64,000 nt of DNA from Leptogorgia sarmentosa (Eukaryota): the NCBI GenBank assembly GCA_964658305.1, contig OZ210886.1:124001-188000 (forward strand), read 5' to 3'. Under the pieces are notes generated by a model. That model was given only the letters and a program-made list of their open reading frames with translations, was not told where the DNA came from and ran no database searches. The translations under genes were made by a program, and so were the position numbers. Numbering within the stretch: the first letter of the stretch is position 1; every line of letters starts with the position of its first letter. Positions 15,001-27,146 of this stretch are shown here, piece after piece.

Positions 15001-15725
15001 TAATTAGGTAAACATTATTTAGCTATTCAGTCTATAAACAAAAACTGGATCAAATCAGATGATATGATCAGATATAGCACTTATACAACAAGGACTACAT
15101 ATATTGCTGCACTCAAGATAAATATCATTCTTTCAGTCTGGGAGTATTTTACCTTTACTCATAGACAAAAGCATTTTAATATTATTTATCTACTATTATC
15201 TATACATATTACACGTTTAGGATATCTTATATGATATACATAAAAATAAAAGCATACACGCCCAAGACATACATCAAACATTACTTTATTGGCTATATTT
15301 TCAACATACCCTTCCTTCTTCATAACGTTTTCATCACCACAATCACAAGCTCCTCCAGCTTGACTTCGAAACATATTGTAGTCATGTCCTCTGTGGTCCC
15401 CATCATGAAAACAATCAGCACATATCGACATGCATGGTGATGTACCGCAGTCTCGACACCTATACGCTACAAAATTTTTATGCCATACCAAACCACAAGT
15501 CTGTGAACTATCGTAATCTCGCAACTTTCTTAAGAACACATCAGGACATTCACCTCCAGCAATCAACCACTTGCACCAGTCCTTAGTCTCTTTGGTAAAG
15601 CTTTTTTCCGGATTAAGTAGTGTCCTTAGTACAGAGTTTAACTGTGTTTTACCAGTTTCTGTTCCATACTGTGCCTTTAAAGAAGCTGAAGCTGTTTGTC
15701 TTTCTCGACTAAGAAAGTCGGCCAT
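23..15725 (-). CDS. UBR3: E3 ubiquitin ligase UBR3 orthologue, multi-exon (>30 exons), 3' end runs off the window start
   Basis: Exon 1 (15725-15310) has a UBR box: [30 protein letters not shown]...[18 protein letters not shown], continued by FCSSHG in exon 2 (13465-13332). Later exons join in frame and give [23 protein letters not shown]...[20 protein letters not shown]...[14 protein letters not shown] and RING-H2 parts ([36 protein letters not shown]). Confidence 0.93.
1797..1845. mobile_element. Short degenerate MITE (CAACCTCGT...ACGAGGTTG type)
   Basis: caacgtcgtactcgggcttt at the left end and aaagtcctggtaacgaggttg at the right end form imperfect terminal inverted repeats. Confidence 0.55.
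2105..2340. mobile_element. MITE with ~35-bp imperfect TIRs in a UBR3 intron
   Basis: Left gggccggtctatcaaaggcg...acggtgggtaag pairs with right cttaaccaccgtaaacacctttgatacaaccgggc. Confidence 0.65.
4546..4745 (-). other. UBA-like (UBA_4 type) domain within UBR3, split over two exons
   Basis: Exons 4804-4706 and 4615-4385 join to give [36 protein letters not shown]. This matches the F-x-x-VT...A...L......L..AV..F pattern of DCN1/p47/TDP2-type UBA-like domains. Confidence 0.75.
4883..4949. mobile_element. Internally deleted MITE, AAGGCCCGTT-TIR family (Harbinger-like)
   Basis: Perfect 10-bp TIR AAGGCCCGTT/AACGGGCCTT. The internal gcgatttctagtgcgattt is shared with 14078-14253. Confidence 0.7.
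5518..6973 (-). other. RhoGAP-like (probably catalytically dead) domain cassette within UBR3, 5 exons
   Basis: Exons 6973-6883, 6506-6429, 6241-6098, 5915-5737 and 5577-5518 (552 nt) join in frame. They translate to ...[22 protein letters not shown]...[19 protein letters not shown]...[25 protein letters not shown]...[10 protein letters not shown]...[14 protein letters not shown], which follows the RhoGAP helix pattern. Confidence 0.7.
8482..8693 (-). other. U12-type AT-AC intron in UBR3
   Basis: Minus-strand donor ATATCCTTTT at 8693, branch site TTCTTAAC close to the AC acceptor at 8483-8482. Splicing joins SQLVDL to VPERYGQ in frame. Confidence 0.93.
11279..11411. mobile_element. Degenerate MITE (AGAGCGCTT...AAGCGCTC; carries CAACATGGCGGCCGTGAC)
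   Basis: Short TIRs plus the subterminal caacatggcggccgtgacatcatatgcaa motif, which I recall from an abundant anthozoan repeat. A similar end occurs near 48535. Confidence 0.5.
12224..12277. repeat. Fragment of the 14078-14253 MITE family
   Basis: cgattttctccttttga.agatgtgaac matches ~14119-14146. gtgaacgagtggattaataa is the reverse complement of ttattaatccactcgttcac at ~14200. Confidence 0.6.
13583..13811. mobile_element. MITE with TAGGGA...TCCCTA termini
   Basis: Perfect 15-bp subterminal inverted repeat CGGCTACGAAATCTA/TAGATTTCGTAGCCG plus matching termini. Confidence 0.7.
14078..14253. mobile_element. Palindromic MITE, AAGGCCCGTT-TIR family
   Basis: aaagctcgttcacacgagcgattt pairs with aaatcgttcgtgggaacgggcctt; same family as 4883-4949. 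Confidence 0.7.
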
Positions 15726-16541
15726 TTTTTTTGTAACCGGAAACCACGAAGTGAATGCCTACGCTTTCGTTAACGCAAAACAGCCCAACAACAATCACCA
15801 TAACATAAAATAGACAAAGCAAAACAATAGCGACTCATTTTAAGATACAGAATAGTGTGATAAGTGGAAATAATCCAAAAATTCAAATAAGAAAATAAAT
15901 TTCAGTTTGAGCTTTTTTCTTGACATTACAAAATAAACAATGCATGAAAATTCCTTTGGACAAACTCTGAAATTCCTTACTTTTTCCGAGACGTTCAAAC
16001 AGTTGTAGGAACAGCTAATGAGAGACTGGCAATCGTGGTACGTCTCTTAAATCATAGGTGAAAATGACCTGAACAATAAAGGCAATTTCGCTGAAACATA
16101 TAACTCTCAGCACCATAAATTAACCAACAAGATTAGAATGATAAGATAGGCAGATGATGAGAGAAGATTGAAGGCAGTATTAGAGTAGTCTAATTATTAG
16201 ACTGAAAAATGCTTGCTACCTAGGACTTTTGGCGCATCCTAGATATTTTGTTTTGCGGGACGTCCATACGCGGTACGCCTAATTTTGTAGACCTAGTGAA
16301 CCTAATCTGTGCTACTGGATTTCCTTTGCACCTGAATTTAGAATTCCTTTTGTAAAGGATGTTGTTATGATGACTTGCACTTTTTTCAAAGAAACCAACA
16401 AAATTGAGGCCTGGTTGCTGAGCAGGTGTGGGAAATTCAAGATTTGACGTAAAGGAATGAAGAAGACAGGCTGAAAAGTGTTACAAACCTCTAGGTTTTA
16501 AGCTACCAAACTGTGTGAATTAATAATATATAAGTGGGAAA
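15726..16541. promoter_or_regulatory. Probable bidirectional promoter/5' UTR region of UBR3 and AAAS
   Basis: The divergent start codons are separated by only 816 bp. Confidence 0.55.
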
Positions 16542-19500
16542 ATGTCAAGTTTAGCTGTATTCCCTTCGCCCAGTTTACAAGATACCATTACAATAAATGA
16601 ATACAATTCCAACTTTGCTACTGCTGACCCCAGAGAATGTCAACCATGCACTTACAGTTTTGGACAGGTAATATGGAAGAAAATACCTGAACGTAGCTTT
16701 TGTATATATGTAATTGATCATTCTACCTGAGGTTGCAATATATACCAGAGGTACAAATTACAACTTTACAGCAAAGAGCTGATTGTATGTTGATGAAAGA
16801 CCTTGTATATACTACTTTTTTGACAAATTTTGGTCTCGGTCATATCTGTCCATATTGGTCTGTGTGTACTTGGACTTAGCGAATCATAATGCAAAAGTTT
16901 TATTTCTAAATTTCATTAATTTTTGAACATAACCACAGGATGGAAGATTTGATCAATTGTTAGCAACTGAAGATCCATTGAAGATGCCAACAAATCTTGC
17001 AAGAGAGTGTTTGTCAGAATCTCCATTTCTTACTGTTGAAGAATCACTTTCACAGAAATTGTACAATATATGGTATGGGTACCTTTTAATTAGAACCAAC
17101 AGTCTTGACCAAAACCTGTATGCACAGTACAGTATAATGTCACACAACATGATATTAAATACAATCATGTAGTCAATCCTACTTACTAGTTGAACTACTT
17201 ACAGTGAAAGCCTTCTAGGTTGAACTTAAAAATTGGAAATTTTTCAAAAAATTCATTAGTCAGATTCCTCATGTGTTCATTATTAATGTGGGTTGGACTG
17301 CAGAATGTATAAAACAGGTGTTGATTCAATTGATAGGTTATCAGATGGCTTTCATGGTGTTCTAGAAGAGTTAAGTGAAACAGAATCCAGTGAAGGTATG
17401 TGTGAATAGAATCCATTGAAAGATGAAGAAGCACTAGCTGATAATAAGATATAGCAATACAACACCTTACAAATTTTCCATCCACCAACTCAAAATTACT
17501 TTCAGAAGCATTAAAATTTCCACATCTGTTGGAGAAGACATAGGTTCTTGAAAATTTAAAAGAGATTTCAAATTCGTTTTTTTTTCTTTCATTCTCGTGT
17601 ATAGTGCCACTTGTCATTTCCTCCACTTCCGAACGTTTTCTCACAGTATTGAAATGGATTGAAAATTTACAGAATAGATTTGCTTTGAGTAAACAGGTAT
17701 GATTGCTGGTGTTGATACGAACAAGTACCTGGTACTGTATGTAGGAACATATGTCATCTTAATATTAAGAGTTTTACACGATGCAACGTTTCACTCTTGT
17801 TTCCATTAATGTTAAAATAACGAGGTTTGTCTTTCATACAGTCCACAGAAACTCTGAAGTCAGATTCGTTGAGGTGAGATGCATATATTGCAATTGGTGA
17901 ATGGATTGGGTAGGATCTAACAGGGGGATACTTGTTGCTTCTTGCTCAAACTTAGAAATTAATTTGATTGCCTCTACCCATCTGCCTCTGTAACATATCC
18001 AACCTCCTCCTTATTGGAAGTTATATAACCAGGCACGTTTAAATGTTTCCTTGTAGCGAAAACAACGAACCCATTAAAGCTTTTGCCTGGCATCCACATT
18101 TAACGAAGTTTGCTGTTGGTTTTAATGTACGTAGCTAGTTGAACGTTTAGAAGAAAAAAAATTGTGAAAATAACTGTTCAATAAGCGATAACTAATTTGT
18201 GCTTGATCGATTTTTTGTTTCAATCAGGATGATTCCATTAGAACCTTTACTGTTAAAAGGTAATTTAATATTCTAAACGTGGAGCAGTCTGCTATATTGA
18301 CGTTTAAAACGACAAGTCGCACTTGTCACTTAAACTTAATAGGACGCTGATTGGTTTATAAAAAACGATATTAAAAGGTTCGGCGTGCACGAGTTTCACT
18401 AGTGTGTTCTTTATATTCCTGACATGGTAACTTGCTGAAGTATATTGAAAACCCATTTTTTAGGGGCCTAACCAAACTCTTAAACCACAGATACCAGAAA
18501 GCAGTTTCTTGTTGTGCGTGGAGGTAACTGTTACACCTTTATAAACGATGGACAACAATTAGCAAACTGCAAGAAATAAGACGTGTGCGTAAAGATACGT
18601 TTCTCACTGTATTTTTCAGACCATTGTCATCCTCAATACTTGCGGTTGGATGTCAAAATGGTGTTCTGATTTGGAAGATCAATCAACACTCGTCAGCGCT
18701 AAGGTATGGTACTAAGAATTTCGAAAAACTTCCTCCTCTACGAAAATCACGTCAATTTTCTGAAGGGTTATATGTCTTGGTACCGAGAGGAGAGTTTTTT
18801 CCACATCTAGTGAACCATGAAATCCTGTTACAATTGTTTCACTGTATTGTGCTGTATGAACTGCATGGCAAAATAGTATGGAATTACTGCAGTTTTATTC
18901 AGGTCAGATTTACTCATTCATTAAGGCAAGGAGCAAGTTCAGTTCAATATTTGACGTATCCAGGACACTCGTTTATAACCTCGATATCATGGAGTCCAGG
19001 TGGAAGACTGTTAGTGTCAGGTTCCGCATCAAGTGGTGTTATGATGGTTAGTAATAGTTACACGTCTCTCTACATAATAATATATAATTACATATATTAC
19101 ACATGCATGGTATCCCAAGTTGTAGACCTAGTTGTACGATCGCTAGTTACGAGTATGGGATATCGCTACCTCTCACCTTCCCCGTATCGCATCTCTGAAA
19201 ACAATTTTCTCGCGGCGTTTCACAAGTTGTGAATATTTTGAACCTAAAAATTTTGTCGACAAACATTGCACTCACGTTGGTAACAAGTTAGCTGTAGTTT
19301 TCTAAGTGATAGGATGTTTTTCTTATAAGGTCTGGGACGTAACAATGGAAAGTGGTACAGCTCTCCATCGTATTGGTGGTTCAATATCACACGTGATTTG
19401 GTCCCCCTGTGACACCAAAATATTTGTCGCTACAGAATCGTCTCTCATCAGGTATTGCATGTGCAGTACATTTTGCACCTATTGCATGCTGCTTGTATCT

Positions 19501-21749
19501 TGCTAAGCTGCTAATAGTCGTAAAAGTCATTTATAATGTGGCAGTGATTATTTTGGTTGAATTATTTTGGGAGCAAAAAAAAATACAACGATGTTTTTTT
19601 CTGTTCTAATTCCCAACAAAGGGCATTTCAAATTTTCACTGGCTATGTATGGAATGAAGGTTGTTTCGGTGCTTACCTTGTTTATATAGAGTTTGGGAAA
19701 CGCAAAGATGGACTTGTGAAAAGTGGACAAATTTGGCGTCAAAATGTCAGGTAATTACGCTTTTGGTTTTGAGTTAAGTTGTTAACATTTTAAATCTATA
19801 CCTAGCGAATTGTAATTTACGCGTAGCGCAAGTTTCTTTATTGTAGTAAGTTCATGCTTTTGAAGACGAGTAGTGCGATTATCAAACTGTATCCTCAGTA
19901 ATCTACTAACATATAGGCAGCATGTTGGAGCCCTGCTGGTAAATTTCTGGTATTTTCCGTCGCTGAAGAAAAAAGTCTGTATTATCTCAGGTTTTGTGAA
20001 CCTGTAGGTAAGTGTGTACCTTTCCACGTAGATACTGCAGTAACCTTACCAGACTCTGTTCTGACAAACGTAAGTCCGTATCTGCCTTTTTCAAATATTA
20101 AATTAAGGAGTGACTGGTATGGAAAATTTCAATATTGGAGGTGCGAAAATGGCAGTAAAATGTGCAGATCTTTCAGAACATTCGTGGGACGTGAATGGCA
20201 AAACAGTCAGGTAACTGGAAATTAGAAATCACTTCAACAAAATCAATCACATCAAAATTCATACCCACAATCAGGCATAAGGAAAAGGCGAAACTCCATC
20301 TAACTTTGTCCCGAATACTAGGAATAATCAGGGCAGCCAATAGGGTTGGGGCTAGGGTTGATTTTTGGGATCAGGATTAGAGATTAGGTTTCGGGATTGC
20401 ACCAATATTAGTACAGCAGCATAATGTCATAATTCTGTATTTATGAGTTACAACATTTAGTTGTATTTCTGTTTCATACTTAGTATTGGTGGATATGTAA
20501 GCACTATGGCGTGGGATCCAACGGGTGAAAGACTTGCTGTAATTCTAAAAGGTAAACATTACTTTAAATATCAACTCAAACCACGTGATGGGCTCTGATT
20601 TTTATTGCCATTCATTTTTAGATGATGAAGGAAATACGCAAAACTACATTCCTGTATTTAAGACAAATCTTGAAAATATATTTGACTTGGTTCCAAGGTA
20701 GTGTAAATATCATGATAATATTGATACAAGCCTCTTGTTAGCATACCATGAACCGACCTTTTCGATAATAGACGATTCCCCTCATTAGTATTTCGGAGCG
20801 CATTGCATTGTGGTATCACGCATATTCAAGAAAACAAGTTTGATGAAAATAATGAACAAATTGGCAAAAATGTTGTTGATCATTGTACATTTGACCATAG
20901 CTTTTCTAAGCGTTCTGCATAGGTCAGAACATAAATGAGACATCGAATATCCGTGATACCACTAAAACCACAATGCAACGCGCTCCCAAAGGCTATTACG
21001 TCACGAGTACTTTTTTGGCCTCGGAGCCTCGCTTTCGTCAGGAAATGATACATAGTCAATGACGAGCGTGAGGCTTAGCAGAATGACGTAATTATCGATA
21101 CCTGGTACAGTTAAGTTGGTAAAAGGCAACAAAAGGTGATAGTATCAGATCTAAACCACACTATTAACCATCTCTAGTGGTTTTATTCATGGCTCGCCAA
21201 GTGATGGTCGACCTCGAAATCTGTCGTTTCAAAAGAATTTTAAGCAAGGAGCATTATTATCAATAGTAAGTGTGACTACTTGTATTTTTTGCAACAGCAG
21301 TTTCAACCATCAATGGTTTCAACATCAACAACTGGACAGGTCCGCATTACAAAAAAACATTTTGAACAGAGCCCTCATTCTCAAGGAAATTTCCTTTTGG
21401 TGAAATAAAAAACACCATGGGGGATACTAATAGAATATGTTATACAATCTTTTCAAAAAGTCTTCGTAACTCCTCTTGTGTTCCCCTTCATACGAAGACA
21501 TGTATTTAGGATCAAGACAACTGCTTATTCATACCAATGTTTTATTACTACTGTGCAGACAATCGCATGCAAGATGAAAAATACTTTTTCTTGTACTTCA
21601 AGGTTTGGTCAAGTGGAAAAATATCTTTCATTCCCATGATATTTTCACCAAGAACTCTAATTAGAAACAGTCATTCTCAACGTGATCATGTTAATGGCTA
21701 CGGAAATAATGGACTTTATTCAAGTCAAGTCAACCACAATTTGGAGTAG
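16542..21749 (+). CDS. AAAS: Aladin WD-repeat nucleoporin, 18 exons
   Basis: In-frame exon chain: MSSLAVFPSP...; AFAWHPHLTKFAVGFNDDSIR; AWRPLSSSILAVGCQNGVLIW; YPGHSFITSISWSPGG; RVWETQRWTCEKW; MAWDPTGERLAVIL; VWSSGKISFIPM; stop TAG at 21749; AATAAA at 21835. Confidence 0.92.
20791..21092. mobile_element. Two adjacent inverted-repeat elements in an AAAS intron (20791-20990 and 20995-21092)
   Basis: First: ggagcgcattgcattgtggtatcacgcatattc pairs with gaatatccgtgatacc...cacaatgcaacgcgctcc. Second: attacgtca...agcctcgctttcgtca pairs with tgacgagcgtgaggct...tgacgtaat. Confidence 0.6.
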
Positions 21750-22059
21750 AAGAATGTTCAAGTGAAGATTTATAGTTTTTGTGATAGTGTGGCTTACTGT
21801 AATGAAAAGATGATGTGCACTATACTAAAATCAAAATAAAGTCCTTTCATTCATTTAGTTTAATCTCATTAAAAGTAATCCATAAAATGGATTTTAACTT
21901 TTCTTGGTTATATGTAAAGTACAGATTTACACTAAATGAATGACGATGTAGATAATTTTACAGCTTCCGCTAATGATATCCAAACGTCGCATTGAAATTC
22001 ATGTTATTGCGTGAAAATTCCTGATGGCGAGAGCATATCCCTGTGTCGTCTTTGGTGGC

Positions 22060-25000
22060 TTACTCTTTTGCTACAAATATCAGAAAATGGACCTTTTTAC
22101 TATGACGTCAAATGTGAAAAACTAAATGCGACGTACCATGACGCTATATTGACGCAGTGCCCAGTTATTTATTGGCAGTACTGGATTTCCCATTGTTAAT
22201 TAAATAAATATCAATAATTTTTTACATTAGCTATCTTACCATTTTGATCTGGATCCTCTGTGTTTTCATTTGGTTCTGTATTTTGTCCTCTACCACCTTG
22301 CATCGTTTGTCTAAGACTGGTTATTAGTTCTGGATTCGTTTGTTCTAACTGTTGCGCCATCTGGGTAGCACTAAAAATATGGGAAAATTTACTAACCACA
22401 AGTTCACTGTTCTGAAAAGTACCACCACATGAGGTAACCGTCTTTAAAGACATTTCTGACTTCCACTGTATTGTACATGCAAAACAGAATCCATTTTTAC
22501 TTACAATTGAAATATGTTCGGATATCCTCCTGCGCCCATTGCTTCTCCAGGACCTCCAGTCCCAGGGTTAGCTTCTGGTGTAGTTGTGCCTTCAGAACCA
22601 GGCTGACCCCCTGCAGGATGACCCCCTGCAGGTCCCCCCCCTGCAGGCTGGGCCCCTGCAGGCTCTGGCGGGGGATGGTGACCTGCAGAATGATCATCAC
22701 CAGTCATACCACCGAAACCTGACATCATATTAGTCATCCTAAAATTAAGAGAAAGTGGATACGTTTTACAAAGAAACCGTGTTTTTCCCTGCCTCACACG
22801 CCCGTGTCAAGGGCAAGTTACGCAGGTACAACCTATCTTTTTTCACACAAAGCTTACATTTGCTGCATCTGTGGGTTTGCCATGAACTGCGATGCCTACA
22901 CAAATATAAACGATCATCTTTTGAATCCGTTGTGGACAGATTGTACATATAAACTTAAATCTCAGTACCATACTTAAACACATTTTGTACGTTAACAGAT
23001 CAAGGTAACCAAATTCTTTCTATTCTCACCATGTTCATAATTCCAGGATTGGAAAATAACGAACTCATAAGATTCGCAGGTCCGCCTCCTTGAAAAAAAG
23101 ATAAATGCTTATGACCACAGTTGAACTTGTTCTAGGAAAACTCGTGTTGTAGCCAGGATAAAGTTAATAAATAAATCTCAACTACATTTTATCACATACA
23201 GTAAAGGCTTATGTTGAACTACAACACATAGTTACAGTCATGACAGGAATATTGCGCAGGTAATTTTTCAGGTAAATTGGGAACACCGAAAAAAACTGTT
23301 CCCAGAATCAACAATTTGATACAACATGTAACGTTTACAAGCGCATTAGAATTTTTAGAATCGATCAAGTGCTGAGAATATATTTGCCCAATTCTTATAG
23401 CCTATGGAAACCAGTCACTAAGGACTTTCTCTACAGCCAAAACCATAATTAATTATAGTTTCTAACAGGACATTTTACCAAGTCATGCACCACAAGCCAC
23501 CAACCTGTTCCTTGTGAAGCAGACGACGGTTTTTCTTTGGTTTCTCTCAGTTTATCTTCAGCGTTTCTCAAATTAGTTGTGTAGAGGTTATTGCCTGGAT
23601 CTAGTTGTTTTGCCTAAAATAAAGTTCATGGAATTTACGCGACATCTACAATCAGACAGGTTTTCGCCAGTAATACTGAAGTGTACTGCTGTACTTTCGG
23701 AGTACAAAAAATATACAAATTTTGCGTGACTATATTTTCCGCGTTTTACAGCATTTTGCAACGAAACTTTTGCAGTTTTACTAATTCTAAGACGATCTTT
23801 GTAGCTGTTGGCGATAGATGTCGTTCTTCTGGCATAAAACAAATTTTAGCCAAAAGCTGGAATTACCACTGTCGTACATAGAAAAGGACTGATGTACGTA
23901 CGTAGGTAACATTGATGGGAAACTATTAAACTGTTAAGGTCATGTAAAACATTAAACCTTATCAAAACTCTGCCTTGCTTCTTCATATTTCTCTAAAGCC
24001 ATGAACGCAGTGCTATCAAAATAAAACTTTGATCAGCTGACACATTACAGAATGTTCAGGGTCTTGCCCTTAAACATCATTTTATTGCATATCTATTATC
24101 ATATGGTACAGTAACTACACTTAAAATAAACCCAACTTACACTCAACTCCATCATCAAATTTACGTACTGCAAAGTCTGTGTTGCATGCGGTTTTCAATA
24201 GTTAACAATCCACTGATCCTCAACTTGATGTACTCTATTTAAATATCCTTTTCTGACTTTTTTCTTTTTCATTTTAGTTTACTTTTCACTCAACTTTACA
24301 AATAATTTGCACACAAATATACACTTACCCCATCCTACCATAAGCCTTGCTATATCTTGGGTCAAGTTCTAAAGATTTTTGACAATCTTTTATGGCCTCT
24401 TCATGTTTGCCTAACTTACTAAATGCTGCAGCTCTGAAATTTTAAATTAATGCCAATTATTGGTCTAATGCTTAAATTTTCCACTTTAGGGATATTTTCT
24501 ATTCCGAAAACTACAGAACTAGAACATATTAAAATTACAAATTCATTAGCAAGCACCCTTAAAAGTAAACAGCTCTCTACGGTACCTGTTGCACAAATAT
24601 ACAGCATTTGTCCAGTCCAACTCCACAGCTTTGTTATAACACTCAATTGCTTCGTCACACTTTCCTTCTTTCATCAAATTATTTCCTAGAAATTAAGCAA
24701 TAAAACAATTACAACATTAATTCCACCTTCCCATATAAGAATGCCTACACATTCATTATTAACCTTGAGTTTTATGATCTTCTGCTCTGCCTTTTTCTTC
24801 GTCTGTTGGAAGCCGCTCCTTATACTGAGTAAAAAACGTAGAGCAATAATCATGACAAATTCTTAATCACAAAAGAGTTGTATAATGCATACGGTAAAAA
24901 CATATATTAATTGGACTTTTAGTATTACCAACAATGGAGAAATTCAATGGGGAAATTCAGGAGAATTCAGTAGAAATCAGAAGTTTTGGAGAACTTCCAA

Positions 25001-25970
25001 CCCAACCACTAAAACCTAAAATACCACTGTAGTTTTAGTTTTTCATGATTCACCTGGGTGGCTGATTCAAATATTTCTGTCAAAGATTTCTCAACTTTGA
25101 ATTTGAATACATCAGACTGATTGTTCAGAGAAACATTATAGACTCTTTCCAGACATTCCATCACAACTATAAATCAAATAAACAAAAAAACTCATTAGTT
25201 TTAGCACTTTATAGTACACCTGCAGATTTAAATCTAGATTGTAAATATATTTTGATGAAAGTTAGTACCAATGGTATATCCTTATTGTTCTGGAATTACT
25301 GAGCTGCAATTTTTCATTGGCTATCTTTAAAAAGAGGAATGGTGAATGGGGAATATTGAGGAACGAGGGAATATCAAGGAACAGGGGAATGTCAAGGAAC
25401 AGGGAAACATTGGAGAATAAACATATCATGTCACATGAAACCTCAGAAACCTATTCTCCAATATTCTATTGTTCTCCAATATTCTTTTGTTCCCTGATAT
25501 TCCCTGTTCCTTGATATTCCCTGTTCCTTGATATTTCCTGGTTCCTTCATTCTCAGATATTCCCTGTTCCTCGATATTCCCTCGTTCCTCAGTATTCGCC
25601 AACATTTCCCCATTCCTCCATTCCCCTGTTCCTCAATATTACCCATTCCTCCATTTCACATTTCCCAATATTCCCCCTTCCTCCATTCCCCAATATTTTC
25701 CTCCCCGTTCCCCGATATCCCCCCGTTCATCCATTCCCCGATATTCCCTCGTTCCCCGATATTCCCGATTCCTCCATTTCCCGTTTCCCCGTTCTTGTTT
25801 TTAAAGATAGCCATTTTTCATTTATTAAATGTATAATGTATTACGGTATTATAACGTCAGGTACCTTCTAAACTCTCGCGTTCATCTTTCTCACATCCCT
25901 CGACACGAGATTCACATTCTGAATTTAAAAAGTCCAGAATGGAAAACACCAAGCGTTGATGAGATGACAT
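22060..25970 (-). CDS. SGTA: Small glutamine-rich TPR co-chaperone (SGTA/SGTB family), 12 exons
   Basis: N-terminal dimerisation domain [15 protein letters not shown]...ESLEVVMECLE. TPRs [15 protein letters not shown]...YNKAVELD...[13 protein letters not shown]...[13 protein letters not shown]-terminal [20 protein letters not shown] and [18 protein letters not shown]; ends AKE*. Confidence 0.92.
22609..22687 (-). repeat. Coding 15-nt-period repeat (CCTGCAGG units) encoding PAG-x-x
   Basis: Four CCTGCAGG copies 15 nt apart, plus a fifth partial copy; translation [20 protein letters not shown]. Confidence 0.8.
25319..25812. mobile_element. Non-autonomous foldback element (Mutator/FB-like) with 10-bp TSD in SGTA intron 1
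   Basis: TIR GGCTATCTTTAAAAA/TTTTTAAAGATAGCC. Flanking direct repeat ATTTTTCATT at 25309-25318 and 25813-25822. Arms built from ~18-nt units (GGGAATATCAAGGAACA left, complementary TGTTCCTTGATATTCCC right). Confidence 0.88.
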
Positions 25971-27146
25971 TTGCAAAATTTTCAGTTCGTTTATAGAACG
26001 GAAGAAACGAAAGTTTCATAAAAATGTTTACTCTAATTTCTAATTTTGAGAATTCCAAAGCGCCCGCGATATAGTAAAAATCAGGGCGCTATTACGCAAT
26101 GCTTCATGTTGTACAATATGCTTGTGCGACATAAAACCATATAAATAATCATTGCATTAAAAACTGCAATGGATGAAATAAATAATAGATGTTCAATCCA
26201 ACGTGTTTAGTCCCAGTATGAAAATTATAGTTGAAGGAACCATTACGCTACGAATTTTTAACAAGTTGCCAAAATCCAGAAACTGCAGGGACGGACCAAG
26301 GGGGGAAAGACGGCAATGGGGGGTGGAGGGGGGGTGCCGCACCCTTCTAATACAGTGTCCGTCGGCACATTAAACATTGCATTTCATATAAAATGAGCGT
26401 GTCGGATCAATAAGTGGTCATAGATATAAGGCTACAAGCATAATTGGTTGAAAAGGTAAATAGATATAGTATTTGCACCCTCAATTCCTCAAACTAGACA
26501 ACTCATTTTCAGTTGTTTGAAATGCAATAGAACTTCAATGGAAGTTTTGCAAACTTCCTGCATATACAACGCCTCACTGGCTAACAAATTGTGCCCTCCC
26601 CCAGCCTCCCTTTCGTCAGTTTTTGCTCTCATTCCAGTTATTCCACATGACTAAATCACGTAATTATTATTTAATATCTTTAAATAAATATTTTACAACT
26701 TGTGTATAAGTGAATAATATTTGTACAAAGAAATTTAGTGGAAATCCTATTCATCACCGATGCTCTGTCACCGGATCAGAAACCTAAATTGGATTTATAC
26801 CAGTATACGACTTTCCTTTTGAAAAATTCAAAAACAGATAACTTGAGACTACTGTGCCCTTAAAGAGTTTCCTATAGCCTCATGATAACCTGCAGTTTAT
26901 AAAGTAACAGGTTTATCGTGTGGTTCAACACATAAACTGACAGCATTTATTGTAAAACTAAAGAAATTAAGTTCAAACTAAACACTATGGCTGGCAGCAC
27001 AATGGTTGACCTTTTTGAACGGCCCTCTCCAACTGTAAGTATAATGTTGTACTGCATTGTAGCTGCAGTTTTAAACCTCCATGATTCATAGTATTTTTGG
27101 ACCGCTCTATTCAAGCAATTTACAAATTAGTATGTTGCTTTACTAA

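Noticed and set aside
16154..16205. ATGATGA...CTGA resembling a C/D snoRNA
   Set aside because: Only ~52 nt, no terminal stem, no recognisable rRNA-antisense element, and located in the UBR3/AAAS intergenic region.
25317..25836. ORFs 25317-25514, 25443-25646 and 25528-25836, and a CRISPR-like look of the repeats
   Set aside because: These are artefacts of the 18-nt tandem units in the foldback element; there are no unique spacers and the context is eukaryotic.
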